Assembly (NCBI GenBank): GCA_964276515.1
Contig: OZ193909.1
Span: forward strand, 17,670,001-17,734,000
Length of the DNA: 64,000 bases
Direction of reading: 5' to 3'
From: Gordius albopunctatus
Taxonomy: Eukaryota
Of the stretch, positions 24,610 through 42,260 are shown piece by piece; within the stretch, counting starts at the first letter, position 1, and each line of letters begins with the position of its first letter. The translations under genes were made by a program, and so were the position numbers. The notes beneath the pieces were generated by a model. It did not search any database, was not told the origin of the DNA, and saw only the letters and a list, made by a program, of their open reading frames with translations.

Positions 24610-25775
24610 GGACCATGTATTGATTTTATAACTTTTTCCACGCGACACGAGACGATTTCTTTCAATTTGCATCATTCGTCTCCCTTCTTAGTATATACCC
24701 ATTTACTTACTTCGGTCCGTCATGGGTTGGAACTGGAAGTCATATGGTCGAGTTGAGTATACCCTAAGCTGCACCCTATCATTCTATTGTAATTTCCGTG
24801 GCTTGCAATAGCTTTCTTCCCTGTTTTTTAATGCCCATGTTTCATTTCCATAAAGTAACATTGGTCTTACGTTTGCAAATTTTGTTCTTTGATACTCCAT
24901 AAGTCCTTTCGCCGTAGAAGCAAATAGTCGATTTGACTAAAATACTTCCCACTTCTATAGGTCACAATATGATCTTCGCGCTTTTGAAATAGGTGTTAAC
25001 GATCGCCATGTCATATGTTTGGGATACTTGGAGAAGTTTTTCCCCTTCTTTGTTCTTCAGACCATGCCCATAGCCACAATGATTGCGTTCATACCCGACG
25101 AGGCGATCTTTCCCAATGTGAGCGTTGAAATCTGCCCAAATAATTAGCCTTTCTTCCTGTCCTATTCTTTGCATTTCCTTTTCCAATGAATCGAAGAATA
25201 TCTCTTTCTCTGATTCCAAACATCCAATTTAGGGAGCATACGCGCACATAACGGTTAGGAGGCCCCCTTGATCTGCAATCTTCACCCACATTAGCCTGTC
25301 GGAACAACGCTTGACTTCCACCACATTGTCCTTGAACGATTCAATTAGAAAGATACCGACCTCGTTTCTACGATTTGGTGACCCACTGTAGAAAAGCTTG
25401 TATCCTTCTCCTAATTCCCGAGCTTTCGTTCCGTTCCAACTCTTCTCTTGTAGGCAGGCGATGTGTACCTTTCTTCTTTTTAGCATCTGTGCGACCTCGA
25501 TGCTCTTCCCCGTCAACGTTCCCACATTCCAGCACGTAATTCGCATTCTTTCCACAACTAGTTTCCTTAACCGCCTTCGTTGTGAGTTGATCAGTAACCC
25601 TAGTGGTATGCAGTGCGCGTCGTTTGTGGAGGACGCCCTAGCCTTTTCTTGTAAAATCTTGTTTGAAACTATCATAGTTTTGGAGTTGATTTTTATAGCC
25701 GGTTTCCGACCTGACGCCAACCCTCCACTTTTTGCACACGGACTTGGGACCGTCGTACGTAGTGTTTTTTGCTAA
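24610..25775 (-). mobile_element. RTE LINE derivative: young 5'/endonuclease part joined to a diverged 3' part, RT core missing
   Basis: About 24880-25775 is nearly identical to 51038-51870 ([18 protein letters not shown]). About 24640-24870 resembles 53541-53900 but is clearly more diverged. Confidence 0.9.
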
Positions 25776-26267
25776 TTTTATTAGATAATTAATTTCCTCG
25801 TTGTTAACAGACCCTTTGGATATTTTTAAAATATCGTATCTAATATTTTTAAGCCCTGAAACGCCATGACTTTTTAATTTAATTTTTACCATAATTATGG
25901 TTTAAGATGAAATTTGTAACTATAATACATATGGGAAAAGTTCTATCTTAAGGTATTGTCCGGATCATTTAAAATAAATGTTAGTTTTTGTTTTTCCAAT
26001 AAAAAAACTTCAAAAATGGGTGAAATAGAATTTTGGAACATATTCAAAAGGTTTTGTATTGATTTGTACATTTCACCCATATTATTTGAATAAATTAAAA
26101 TATTTAATCATTAAAACATATACTTAATACGTGAATGAACAAAAAGATTTTATGTGTATATAATTTCAAGAATATCATTTTTATTCAGCAGAATATCTAA
26201 ATTCAAATAACACTGATTGTTAAAACAATAATAATTTACGATTCGAAAAGATAAATTGTAACATGAG

Positions 26268-30854
<4,587 letters not shown>

Positions 30855-31012
30855 ATTTTTAATTAATAATAAACTAATTTTTAAAAGAAATAATTTTTTA
30901 AGTGTATATGGTTTTATGTAGTATTTGTATCACATAAATTGGCAGACGATATTTATCCAAATTCGAGCATTCTTGGCATTCTACTTTTCACACATCTAAA
31001 TTACATTTTAAC
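30855..31012. promoter_or_regulatory. Putative bidirectional promoter between the serine protease and DMC1
   Basis: Only 158 bp separate two divergent start codons. No transcript evidence. Confidence 0.4.
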
Positions 31013-34000
31013 ATGCTTGATGAGCAGACTTTAATGGATGTTGCATCTAAAATTGACGAAGATTTTGAGGTAATATTACTTTATTTTATGTCTCCAAACA
31101 TTATTTGGCAGGATGAATTTTTTCAAGATATAGATATGCTTCAAAATTTTGGAATCGTAAGTCAAATAAATGCAGTACTGTAATATATCTATCTTTATTT
31201 AGAACTCCTTGGATATTAAAAAGTTGAAAGTTGCAGGTGTTTGTACTATTAAAGTAATTCAATACTCTATCAATTAACTTTAGATTTTATAGGGCGTACT
31301 GATGATGACAAAAAAACGCCTATGCGCTATAAAGGGACTTTCTGAGGCCAAAATTGATAAAATCAAAGAATGCGTTGCCAAAATAATAGTATATGTTAAA
31401 ATTATTTTAAATTTTTCAAAACTATTTCTTGTCCATTTGCTTAAAATAAAATTACTTGTTCTTATTTTAGAGCAGCAATTTTATCACCGCGCTTGAAGTA
31501 TGTCAAAAACGACAACACGTCTTTAAAATTTCTACTGGGAGTTCAGAGTTCGAGTATTTTAAAATGTATAAATATATATTTCATATTATGTTTAATAAGT
31601 AAATTACTGGGCGGCGGTATTGAAAGTATGTCTATAACTGAAGTATTTGGAGAATTTAGAACGGGCAAAACACAATTATCCCACACCCTTTGTGGTAAGG
31701 CTAATGTCATTTTATAAAATATATCTTGAATTTAAAACTATTTAATATGTTTCATTACCCATTTTTATAGATGTTAACCTTTAAATAATTGTTAGATAAT
31801 TTTATAGACATCCTTTAGATACTTTAACAGGCTATAAAAATTATTTTAATAAAATTTAAATAAAGCTAACCGAAGCTAATTTCATAGCCCTCCACATTTA
31901 AATAATAACATAAAAGTTATGGGTTTTGATAATAACGTTTTAATTAAATTTATTTTTGTATTAATTAGTCACTGCTCAAATTCCCGGTCCAAATAATTAT
32001 AGTGGCGGTAAAGTTTGTTTCATCGACACCGAAAACACATTGTAAGCATTCAAATTTTCACCAAAATATCTTTATTTATTTATATTAGTCAATGCCATGG
32101 GCGTACGCAGGGGGTAATTTACGAAAAAAAAATTTCAATGCAAAAACATTGAAAAAATTAAAAAAAATTATGTTTTGCCCCCCCCCCCCAACTCCCTAAT
32201 TCAAAACCTGGGTTCGCCCATGGTCGATGCTTTAACTTTCTGTTCTAATAGTTATATTGCCTTTTTCCAAAAATGTCAAATAACCGCAATGATATTTAAT
32301 TACAATAAGCTTCTAATAATAACATATAAAACTGAATAGTTAACATTTTCTACATTTAATTAAGATAATTTTGTAGATGTATGTTTGCAAAACAATTAAT
32401 AATCAGAGGGGCAAAATAATCATTTTTTAAAATAGATTTCAACAAACTTTTGGATTTAGAGGGGACAGCCGCCCCCCCCCCTTGGCTACGCCTGTGCAAA
32501 TTATAATTATATTTTATTGCTCTATGTTAAATGCAGTCGTCCGGATAGATTGAAAGAAATTGCTGATAGATTTAATTTAGATGAAGAGGCAATGCTCAAG
32601 AATATAATATATGCAAGAGCCTATACGAGTAAAAAACTTTAATTTAGAAATGTTTCCTAATTGTTATTATACTGATTAACACTATAATAATAGTTAAAAT
32701 TAAATTTTATTTAAATTGTTATCTCTTTAATTCGGTAGGCGAACATCAGAATGAATTGTTAGATTTCGTAGCAGCCAAATTTCACGAAGAAATGGGTGTC
32801 TATAAATTACTAGTTAATCCTATATTTGAACACAAATATCATTTTAGTTATAAATATAATAATTTTTAGCTAAGATGATATATTTGGGTAAAATGTCCCG
32901 TTAATGTTGTTATTTTTATAAATAGATAATGGATTCGGTTATGGCCTTATTTAGGGTAGATTTTAGTGGGAGAGGTGAGTTATCGGATAGGCAGCAAAAG
33001 CTCGCTTTAATGTTGTCACGCCTGCAAAAGATATCGGAGGAATACAACGTAGCCATATTTCTAACCAACCAAATGACAGCCGATCCCGGGGCTGGTTTAT
33101 CGTAAGCATTGTAGCCATGGGCCTAGCCAGGTTTTGGATTAGGGGGGGGGAGGGCTAAACATAATTTTTTTTAATTTTTAAGGCTTTTTGCATTGAAAAT
33201 TTTTTTTTCGCCATTTAGGGGGGGGGAGGCGGCCCCCCCTGTCTACGCCCATGATTGTAGCCCATAATTTACAAAAAGGATTTAAAATAAAAATCATTAT
33301 TATTAAATTGCACCTTTTGGTAGCATTACATTTTCCCAACATGATTAGATAAGTTTAAGGACTATTTAAAAAACCTATTTTTTGATGGCTATAAAACTTA
33401 AAGGCTAGAGTGAGACTTTTTTGACATGATGAAATAATGGACATAATTAAATTATCTGTATCCTCAAAGTGTAAAATGTTAACAATATAAGGATAGCCCG
33501 GTCAAGCACTAAACGCCGATTGTCTTAAGGACCGAAGGGAATTTTATGACTTAGCTAAAGAACAGGTCCCGTCTTATTAATATATATGCCGATGCTTTGT
33601 CGAGGGCTTACTCAGGATTTTAATTAGAGAGAAATATAGACAAATTTTCAATCCATTTTGCTATAGAGTTGGTGAGGGGTAGAGATGCCGCTCCTTGGTT
33701 ACGCCCATTTAGTTTTGAAATTAAAAAGTGAGTCAAAATTTAATAAAACATAAATTGCATGCCAGTGTAAATAATAAGTTGATTGGGAAAGAAAGCTTAA
33801 AGTATTATGCATTTTCAATACCACAGTTTTTAGCCAAATAAGCATATTTGTTTAAGTCTGTTGGCAAAATAATTTTTTTGATATGGATCTACTCTAACTC
33901 ATTGCATACCAATATCTTTTATTGGCGCTTGAAATTTGAATATACAAAAATATTTTTTAGCCAAAATTTTCGGCCATAAAACAACTGGTTCAGCTTGATA

Positions 34001-36120
34001 AAGTTACAATCAGATGGATTTTATTATATATCTAAGAATTTATGAGTTACATAATACAACCTAAAAAAGGTTATATTTGTGATAAAAAAGCAATCCTACA
34101 AATATTATTATAATAAAATATTAAGTTATATGAGAATTTCGAATATTACAATCAAATATTTTACAAGAAAGTTTCAAGAGATCGCAATTTCTATTCTAGT
34201 AGCGAACATAAATTAAGCCTCAATTGTGAAGCGTTTTTTATATTTCTTAAGTATAATTTGGAAATAAATTAAATGTTATTGGAGGGGGGGCTATCTCGAC
34301 TTTGGAAAAAGGCCTAAACAAATATTTTCAACCGATTTGAATATGCTTTTTCCACAAAAATGAGTTAATATATTTTTAATAGCAGGGATTCAAACATAAA
34401 GACAACTCTTATTACTGCTAAAAATGACCGAGGTTAACGTGTTTTTCAAATTTGGCTAAGGTTTCCTCCCTTATTTAAAGTAAAATGTGCTTGAATTTCT
34501 GAAATATGAAAAACTTGTAGTTTTATTAAATTTTATATATGAACTTGAAATCATTTGTTCAACGATTTCCTTTAATATATTTTTTTGTTAAAATAACATG
34601 ATGCCTTTGTTGTTCACAGGATACAATTTAGCTTTTTGATAGCAATTATGCACCAAGCTTAATTTAAATCAGTAAAAGGAAACGATAGCTCCCCGCTCTC
34701 GATAGCTCCAGGGTGATAATTTCACTTTAAGTTGGGTTTAAAGATCATTACATTTTTCAAAGTTATATATTTACACGTCTATCATATGAAAAAGTCGATT
34801 CTTTTTACTAAAAAAACACCTCATATTTAAAGAGGGTTGCCTTAGCCCCGAAATATTTACCGCATAATTTTTGGTAATAGGAGTTTATCCAAATATTTTT
34901 CGTGCCAAATATGTGCCTCAAAAAAGTAGATTTATGATTAAAATTTGAGTAAAATGACAAAATTATTTGAGATGACGTTTATGACCCTGGTAAACATATT
35001 GCCACGCTCCCCCCTACATTGCATCAAAGTATTATATAACAAATGTTTTTTAATTTTTCCCAAATCAGGGTAAGAGTTAAACATTTAGTCATCCATCCAT
35101 TAATAAAGTGACTTTCGTTAAGTGTCGATCAACGGACACTCTAAAAAAACTTTTAAATTTATACATCCACTGAATATCGTCGTAATTCCTGGCATATTTT
35201 AAGAAAGATAGAAACTTGCAAAGTAACAATTTTAAATTGAAAACATCTACTGAATATCGTCGTAATTCCTGGCATATTTTAAGAAAGATAGAAACTTGCA
35301 AAGTAACAATTTTAAATTGAAAACATTAGCCCTCAGCACAGCAATGCGCCTTCTCATTTAATTTTAACAAACATTTAAAACAGAATTTTATCGATAAATT
35401 ACATGCTAAATATTGCAAGCAAATATTTCGTCGTTGTTAATTAGATTTCAAGTTGACCCTAAAAAGCCTATAGGTGGCAATATAATGGCTCATGCCTCGA
35501 CCACAAGAATCAGCCTAAGAAAAGGACGGGGTGAAAATCGTATAGCGAAGATATATGACAGGTATAATTACAACAATTACAGAGTTTTAAAAGGTCTAAA
35601 AGCTTAGTGCTATAAAATTTATGACGCTGCCCAACAAATAATAATTTTTAAATCAAGCAGCAAAATGCTTACAGATTCTGGCATAGCTTTTTATGGTGAA
35701 CACAAATACATTTTTAGTTTTTTTACCTTTACGTCAAGTTTTTGAAATATTTAATGTCAAATTAGCAAAAAACATTTAATCAAAATTTTACCAAAAAAAT
35801 TGCAAGTTATTGACGTTAAAAACGCCAAAATCGCTGTTTTAGCAACTTTGACAGCAAATATTTCAAAAACTTGATGTATAGGGAAAAAATTAAAAATATA
35901 TTCGTGTTCACAGCGAAAAACTCTACCAAAATCTGCAAACACTTTGCCGGTCAATTTTTCTTGCTGAACCGTGTATTAGATTAAAACAAAGGTAGAAATT
36001 TGAAAGATTAACTATAAAAATTAATACAGCATTTTGCTTTTTACATTTAGCCCATGTATGCCTGAAAGCGAAGCAACATTTGCTATAACAGCAGGAGGCA
36101 TAGCCGACGCCAAGGACTAA
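31013..36120 (+). CDS. DMC1: Meiotic recombinase DMC1, ~342 aa, 12 exons
   Basis: Exons: 31013-31069, 31112-31156, 31203-31253, 31293-31388, 31471-31553, 31600-31694, 31969-32041, 32537-32628, 32739-32812, 32926-33101, 35445-35561, 36051-36120 (1029 nt). Walker [61 protein letters not shown]; ends GGIADAKD*. These are DMC1-type rather than RAD51-type residues. Confidence 0.95.
32096..32222. mobile_element. CATGGGCGTAGCC-family MITE in a DMC1 intron
   Basis: CATGGGCGTAC ... GTTCGCCCATG, flanks GTCAATGC / GTCGATGC. Confidence 0.8.
33116..33253. mobile_element. CATGGGCGTAGCC-family MITE in a DMC1 intron
   Basis: CATGGGCCTAG ... CTACGCCCATG with a perfect 8-bp TSD ATTGTAGC (33108-33115 / 33254-33261). 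Confidence 0.9.
35169..35326. repeat. Tandem duplication, 80-bp unit x2
   Basis: TGAATATCGTCGTAATTCCTGGC...AAATTGAAAACAT at 35171 and 35251. Confidence 0.9.
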
Positions 36121-36600
36121 AAAATTAGTCAAAATACAATATGGGTTCAGTTAATCGTAGAAAATTTTCGTAAATTTTGCAATTGTTTATTATACTCGTG
36201 TATGGTCGTCGGAAAATTACATTTAATATATTTTTAATACGTGATATTTCAAATCATTGCCAATAACCTTATGCAAATCTTAAACAGCAATCTTAAAATT
36301 GTAATCACCATCTATTAAACTTTCTTAATGATTTCTGCTAGAAAAATGTTGCTTTTCAAAAACAGTAATTGGTCTTTGTAATAAACTATTTTTCATGTTA
36401 AACGCCTCAGCGAAAATTACTTTAACCACATTGTTTTTTTAAAAGTACATATTTTGCCTTTTTGACTATTTCCGGTTGGTCGCCCAACTCCCATTTTTAT
36501 TTTAATTGTTATATAGGTGGAAAAAACATAATTTCAAATTTACAAAAAGTATGGGACATGTCAGCGGTAGAAATGACATTTTATTTTAGCCATTAGCAGA

Positions 36601-36643
36601 CACCAATGTGGGACCAAATAACTGATAAAGAAGAAGAAGAAGA
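36601..36643 (+). mobile_element. Extremely 5'-truncated RTE 3' end
   Basis: CACCAATGTGGGACCAAATAACTGATAAAGAAGAAG is identical to the 3' terminus of the RTE at 53939-53974, with a longer (GAA)n tail. Confidence 0.85.
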
Positions 36644-37182
36644 TGACCAAAAACAAGATTTTATGATTAGGGGTTGAATAAGCTAAAAAATTATCAAATT
36701 TAGCGTAATGAACCGATGACGTAAAAGACCGATTTTTGACATTTGAGCCCACACAACTCGAAAAGTAGTGGCCCAAATGATCTAAAAATTTTAGAATTTC
36801 ATAGAAATCCGAGGGGGTCCGCCGACGTGGCGATTTGACATGGAATGCCCCCCCCCATATATTTTAAATATAAACTATAAAAGGTAATAGCTAATGTTTT
36901 AAAAAATTTATTCGAAATTTAAGCGTATATAACAATTACACGAGGCACAAAATTTTATTCAATACATAGATATCGTGATAAATGAAGTAGTCATTTAATA
37001 ATTTAAACATGAATTTTGGGTAGAAATTAATAAATACTAAGCCAAGCATGTATGTAATTAAACCTCTAATACCCCATTTATATATGAAGTACAGTTTTTT
37101 GGGACGATGAATAATAGCAATTGCTGGTGAATTAAAAAAACTTAGACCCAAACTAAGGCAGCGAAGAGTATAAATTAGGCCT

Positions 37183-39932
37183 TCACAGCTTTTTTTTCTC
37201 TTCGTAATCGGGCGGCGGTCCTTGAGTTCCCCCAGCGGGCTGCTTAAATTTGAAAACAAAACGAATGCAGAACTTCTCGTGAGGTAGAATAAGTATTTAT
37301 GCCTAACTTTAGATAAACTAATTCAAATTTCTTATCTTTTATCCAGATTATATCCATTATGTGCATTAAGCAAATTAAATACAACATTAATGCGCAAAAA
37401 TTAATACAAACGACATTTATTCTGATTGATTTTAAGATTTTATTAACATATCATTCAACCTGGTTTTAGGCGACTTTATATAAACATACCAAAGATTTTT
37501 TGGTCTATTTTTCTTAGTCGACCGCTAGGGCTTGGTCAAAATTTGCAAAATAGACCACAAGCGACCGTTAGATTCTTAGTAAAGCCAAAGGTCGTCCAAA
37601 CAAAACCCAGACGTTTTACAACACTAATGCATGCTAAACTATATTGGATCAATGAGCGGGCATCGAAATTGTATTGATTTTAAAAATTCCATGCTAATTT
37701 TCAGCTTGATATAGAAATATTGTTTGGGTTCGTGCGTGACATTGTATATAAAACAAAACCTTATCAAGTTAAAACCACGAATAGTCGCGATATATAATTG
37801 TAAATTCGAATGACTTCTTACCGCTGGCACGTATACATTTTGTGGATTTTGAGGGTCGTAGTAAGCATTAGACACTGGTGCACCTAACACAACAAAATTT
37901 GGTGTAAAATATCGAGAAATGTAAGTATATAAAAACTTGGATAAGATGCATTAGGCACGGTCGGGTACAAGCCTGGGTAAGGAGGTGGCGCGTTAGCATA
38001 CATAACTGGTTCATCTACATAAAGGAGAAAACCAATCGAGAAATATTTTTAGGTAAAATTTGGAGAAAATATTATAAAGAATTATATGTATAAGCCTAAC
38101 TTGACTAGCCTAGTAATATTATTTACAATTAATTAAATTAAGAATTAAATTTTTGTAGGCCTTAAAAGTAACATGCTATAATTAAATCGTTGAAAATAAT
38201 TTATTAGCCTTAAACACCTTACCTAAACATAAGCTTAAAGGGAATCATGAATAAATATCATCTAATTTCAAAAAAACTCATTCCAAAATAAGATAAAATC
38301 ATAACGTACAAAAAATACTTATATAACTGGAGAGGATTTATTAAAATAGTGTAAAAATGTAACTGATTTGGTTGGGTGGAAACATTTGGGTAGGCATTTG
38401 AAATCCATAGTTTGTATTAGGGGGAGGCATGTACATAGAAGGATTAGCCTGATTGTAAGGTGGTGGTGGGGGTACATATGGGGGTGGTGGCATCTTTCCA
38501 GCTCTAGCCACTACAATATATTTGATAAGCACACATGTATAATTGCTGTCAATTTGTTTAAAAGGTAGTTTATTGGAAAAGGGTACATTTTTAATTGTAT
38601 AAAGTCATACTACACAACTAAATAAGGATTTTGCAATAAAACCATAATATCCATATAATTAAAGGAAAAATTATCTAAACTTGATTCCTTGGCACAAAAT
38701 AAAAAATATTCAAAACTTTTGCTATGACCACTTGTGTGAGTAATTATATAAAGTATTAATAGGGAAAAGGTAATAGCCCTTGAGCAGCCTTTATGAGTAA
38801 GGAAGTACTACAAATAAATTCCTAGTCCTAATATATAAAGTATCCATCTTACCTGGAAATTATAACTAACATTCACTGGGCTTTACAAATTAGAAGGATG
38901 AATTTCCAAGCTGGACCTCAAATATTTATTAAAACTAGGCTTGTCCCACAAAAAAATATATTTAAACAGAATGTAAATATAAAATTTGATAATTCATATA
39001 TTTTTTAACAAATTATAATAAATTTATATAAAAAATTAAGAATCATGGTTGTACATATAGCCTGCTATAACATATTACATAATGAGCTGGCATATATCCA
39101 TAGATCTATATTGTATTGGATCTCCATAGTAATCATATAAATAAATTAATTGCTTCACATCTATCATTATCTCTGTTTATAATGAATTTTAAAAAATCCT
39201 GCAAATTATGGATCCCTAATTTTTTTTTCTAAAAAATGCCCATTAAAAAATTTAGTTTAGAAAATGCTTTTTTTGTCTTTAACAAACAAACAAACTCATA
39301 TATACCATTATAAACAATGTAACTTTTGACAACTGTATCTATTCAAATCTCATCTATCAATTAATTCCTAAATATAACATCCAAGAATATTAATAAATTT
39401 TTTATAATAATGTAACCATTTAATGCTTACTAATTTGAGCTGCATTAAGCAATGCACGTCCAAACTCTATGGCACCCCCAGTGTTAAATGAAATCTTGAA
39501 TACCCCTGCACCTTCCCAGTTGCCATTTGGTTGTGCTATTACATGTCCACGAATATAATTTGCACCTAGTACTGGTTGTTCTAGTTCAACTTTATCCATG
39601 CAGCTAAATGGAATACTAAATGACTTGAAAGGATCTTTTTGATTCTTGCCCAAAAATACAATCTATAAAAATATTCAATATATATATATTTGCATCATGT
39701 ATATGCAAGATATGGACAATGTCTGTTTTGATTACTCTATGAGATGTCAAAAATAGTTGTCCTTTTTTAGTCCCTTTCATTTCTTTTGACGACTGATTGG
39801 CTTGGATAGTGAATTCCACTTCCTTGCAAAATAATAATATCCTAAAAGATTAGTAAAAAAGTGATAACTGGCTTACATTTCGCCATTGTATATCAATAAA
39901 CCCCCATTTTGATGAGATGTGTTCAAAGACAT
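37183..39932 (-). CDS. WBP2: WW domain-binding protein 2 (GRAM-like domain plus PPxY-rich tail), 7 exons
   Basis: Exons: 39932-39877, 39841-39736, 39662-39431, 38510-38364, 38014-37937, 37883-37822, 37242-37183. Motifs MSLNTSHQNGGLLIYNGE, GTKKGQLFLTSHR, LEQPVLGANYIRG, FNTGGAIEFG, multiple PPPY, AYYDPQNPQNVYVP, PPPDYEEKKKL*. Confidence 0.92.
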
Positions 39933-40629
39933 TTAATTTTCTGATATGATTGTTATACAGTATTCCGATGAATCATCGAAAACATTAAATTATTATTAGA
40001 AAACACTCTGGTCGATAAATTGATGACACTAGCTTTAATTATTGCTTCTGAGGTCTTATAATTATTTTAATATATAATAAATTAGGACAATCATTATCGT
40101 TTTATTTTTTCATCTTAACAGCTTGCTATTATATTACAGATCCCAAGTGTACATATTATAATATTCAATTATGTATAGACGAGCGATTAATGAGCAGAGA
40201 AAGGAGCTCAAATAGTGGTAAACTCAATAAAAATTAAGATCAAGGAACAACAAATTATAGACCATGTTATGACTTTAGAAGTTGTTTTATTATTAAAACG
40301 CCTGAGTTATAATTAGGGGAATAAAAATTACAAGACTGATTATAAATGAGCGTGCATTGAGTTTATAAAGCATTGGGAAAATCAATAATCATTATTATTA
40401 AAAAAATCAATAACTTTCTTGGAAGATCTCAGAATAGAATTTTTTAGTTTCCAAGAAGTAATATTGATCGACGTCATTGGATTCGATTCTACGAAAATAA
40501 ATCGATATAAGTATTGACTTCCGATTGATCGACGTCACTACACCATTAGGAAGAATGTTATAAAAATTATTAAACAGTGAAAATGAGTTTTGGATCATAG
40601 CGAAAGCAGGAATTATATATATGGCCTTT

Positions 40630-40799
40630 CATGGGCGCAGTCAGAGGGGAGGTCGCCCCCCCCCCCCTAAATGACGGGAGAATTTTTTACTTGATGCAAA
40701 AACCCTTAAAAATTAAAAAATATATGTTTTGCCCCCCCCCCCTTAGTGAACTTTTAAACGTTTCGACCCCCCCCCCTATTGCGAAACCTGGCTACGCCA
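40630..40799. mobile_element. CATGGGCGTAGCC-family MITE
   Basis: CATGGGCGCAGTC ... CCTGGCTACGCC with poly-C tracts. Confidence 0.7.
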
Positions 40800-41099
40800 A
40801 AATGACCCTGGGTTAGGAGTGACAGAAGAAAAGGTTGACCAGATGCTTAAAAGATGGCCATGGGTAGAGTGGGACCTGATAATATACTTCTGGAAGGTTT
40901 CAAAACGCTACGGCCCGTAGGCGTAAATTTGCTTGCAAAGCTCATAACAAAATACTTGCAAGTGGTATGGCTGATGAATCAAGGAATGTATTAAGGCTAT
41001 TTGAATTTATTAGAAAATTAATGGGATACAACCACGTTACAATTAACACGCACGCGAAGAGACCAAACGCGATCGAACATACGATAAATAGAAAAACGC

Positions 41100-42260
41100 T
41101 AGAGGAAAGAACCAAAATATATAATCATGTGGTGTATCCATTTACTCCACAGGTAACATAGAACTTTAGCATACATTACACATCGTCAGTTATCCTCTAC
41201 AGAATGGCTATGTTATACAAATATATAAAATGAAGGGAGTTACACAAGAATGCAATAACTATCGGTGGATAATATTAACGAGTCACGCAATGAAGATGTA
41301 AGAATGGTTATAGAAGCTAGACTTTGAAAAATAATTTCCATAGATAAACGACAATTTGAATTCATGTCTGGGAAGTCAGCTTCAGATGCAATACATGGTC
41401 TCAAGGTGGCTTAGGAAATTATATAAGAAAAAACAAAGGATCTTTACATGTGTTTCATTGATATTGAGATAGCGCTATGGGATAGCCTAAGTTCCAAGAT
41501 GTACCCGACCCGACGCTTTAGTAACGCAAAAACCAAAATCATGCGGACATAAAGTGGTACATCAAAGGAATTCAGTTTAAATGTTGGTGTGCATCAAGGA
41601 TTGCCACTAGGTCGATTTATAAATAACAAAAATGGATTGGGTAACTAAAAACCTTAAACGCATATCACCTTGGGCAATGCTCTTTAAGAATGATAGTGCT
41701 GTGCGCACTTTCAAATATAGAATTAGCAAAGCAGAAGGCGTGGGTGGATAGAATTGAAAGCAATTGCATTAGGGTCAACCGAGATAAAGCTGAATACATA
41801 TGCTTGGAGTCGGGAAATATATACAAAGAAACACATCTGCAAATCGATGACTGGTGATTAGGCAGTTGGAAAGAATTAAAATATCTTGTTTCTAAAGTAC
41901 AATGTAATGGGGATGTGGAAAACAAAATTAGCCAAAAATAAACGCAGGCTGAGTAAAATTTGAGAAGTTCAGTAGTGTATTATGGGATAAACACATACTA
42001 CACAAACTAAAAGTATGATTATATAACACCGTTATTATACAGATGTTAAGAAGATTGATAGGTATGGCTGTCTGGAAAGACGTGAGGAAAGTCACCTGGC
42101 AAAGCGTATTAATACGGTACAACTCGAAGGTAAGTGAAAGAGAGGAAGCCCTAAGCTGACATGAAAACATAAAATAGATATTGACTTGAAAAGGTGAGAT
42201 ATGCAGGAATATGAGGAAAAACTACTTTAAGGAGCTGACCACCAAGTGTGACAAACAGTA
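41100..42260 (+). mobile_element. Highly degenerate RTE LINE (RT region)
   Basis: Fragments KGVTQECNNYRWIILTSHAMK, QFEFMSGKS, MCFIDIE, VGVHQG. Many stops. Confidence 0.7.

Noticed and set aside
31013..36120. RAD51
   Set aside because: Diagnostic segments ([27 protein letters not shown]) are DMC1-type.
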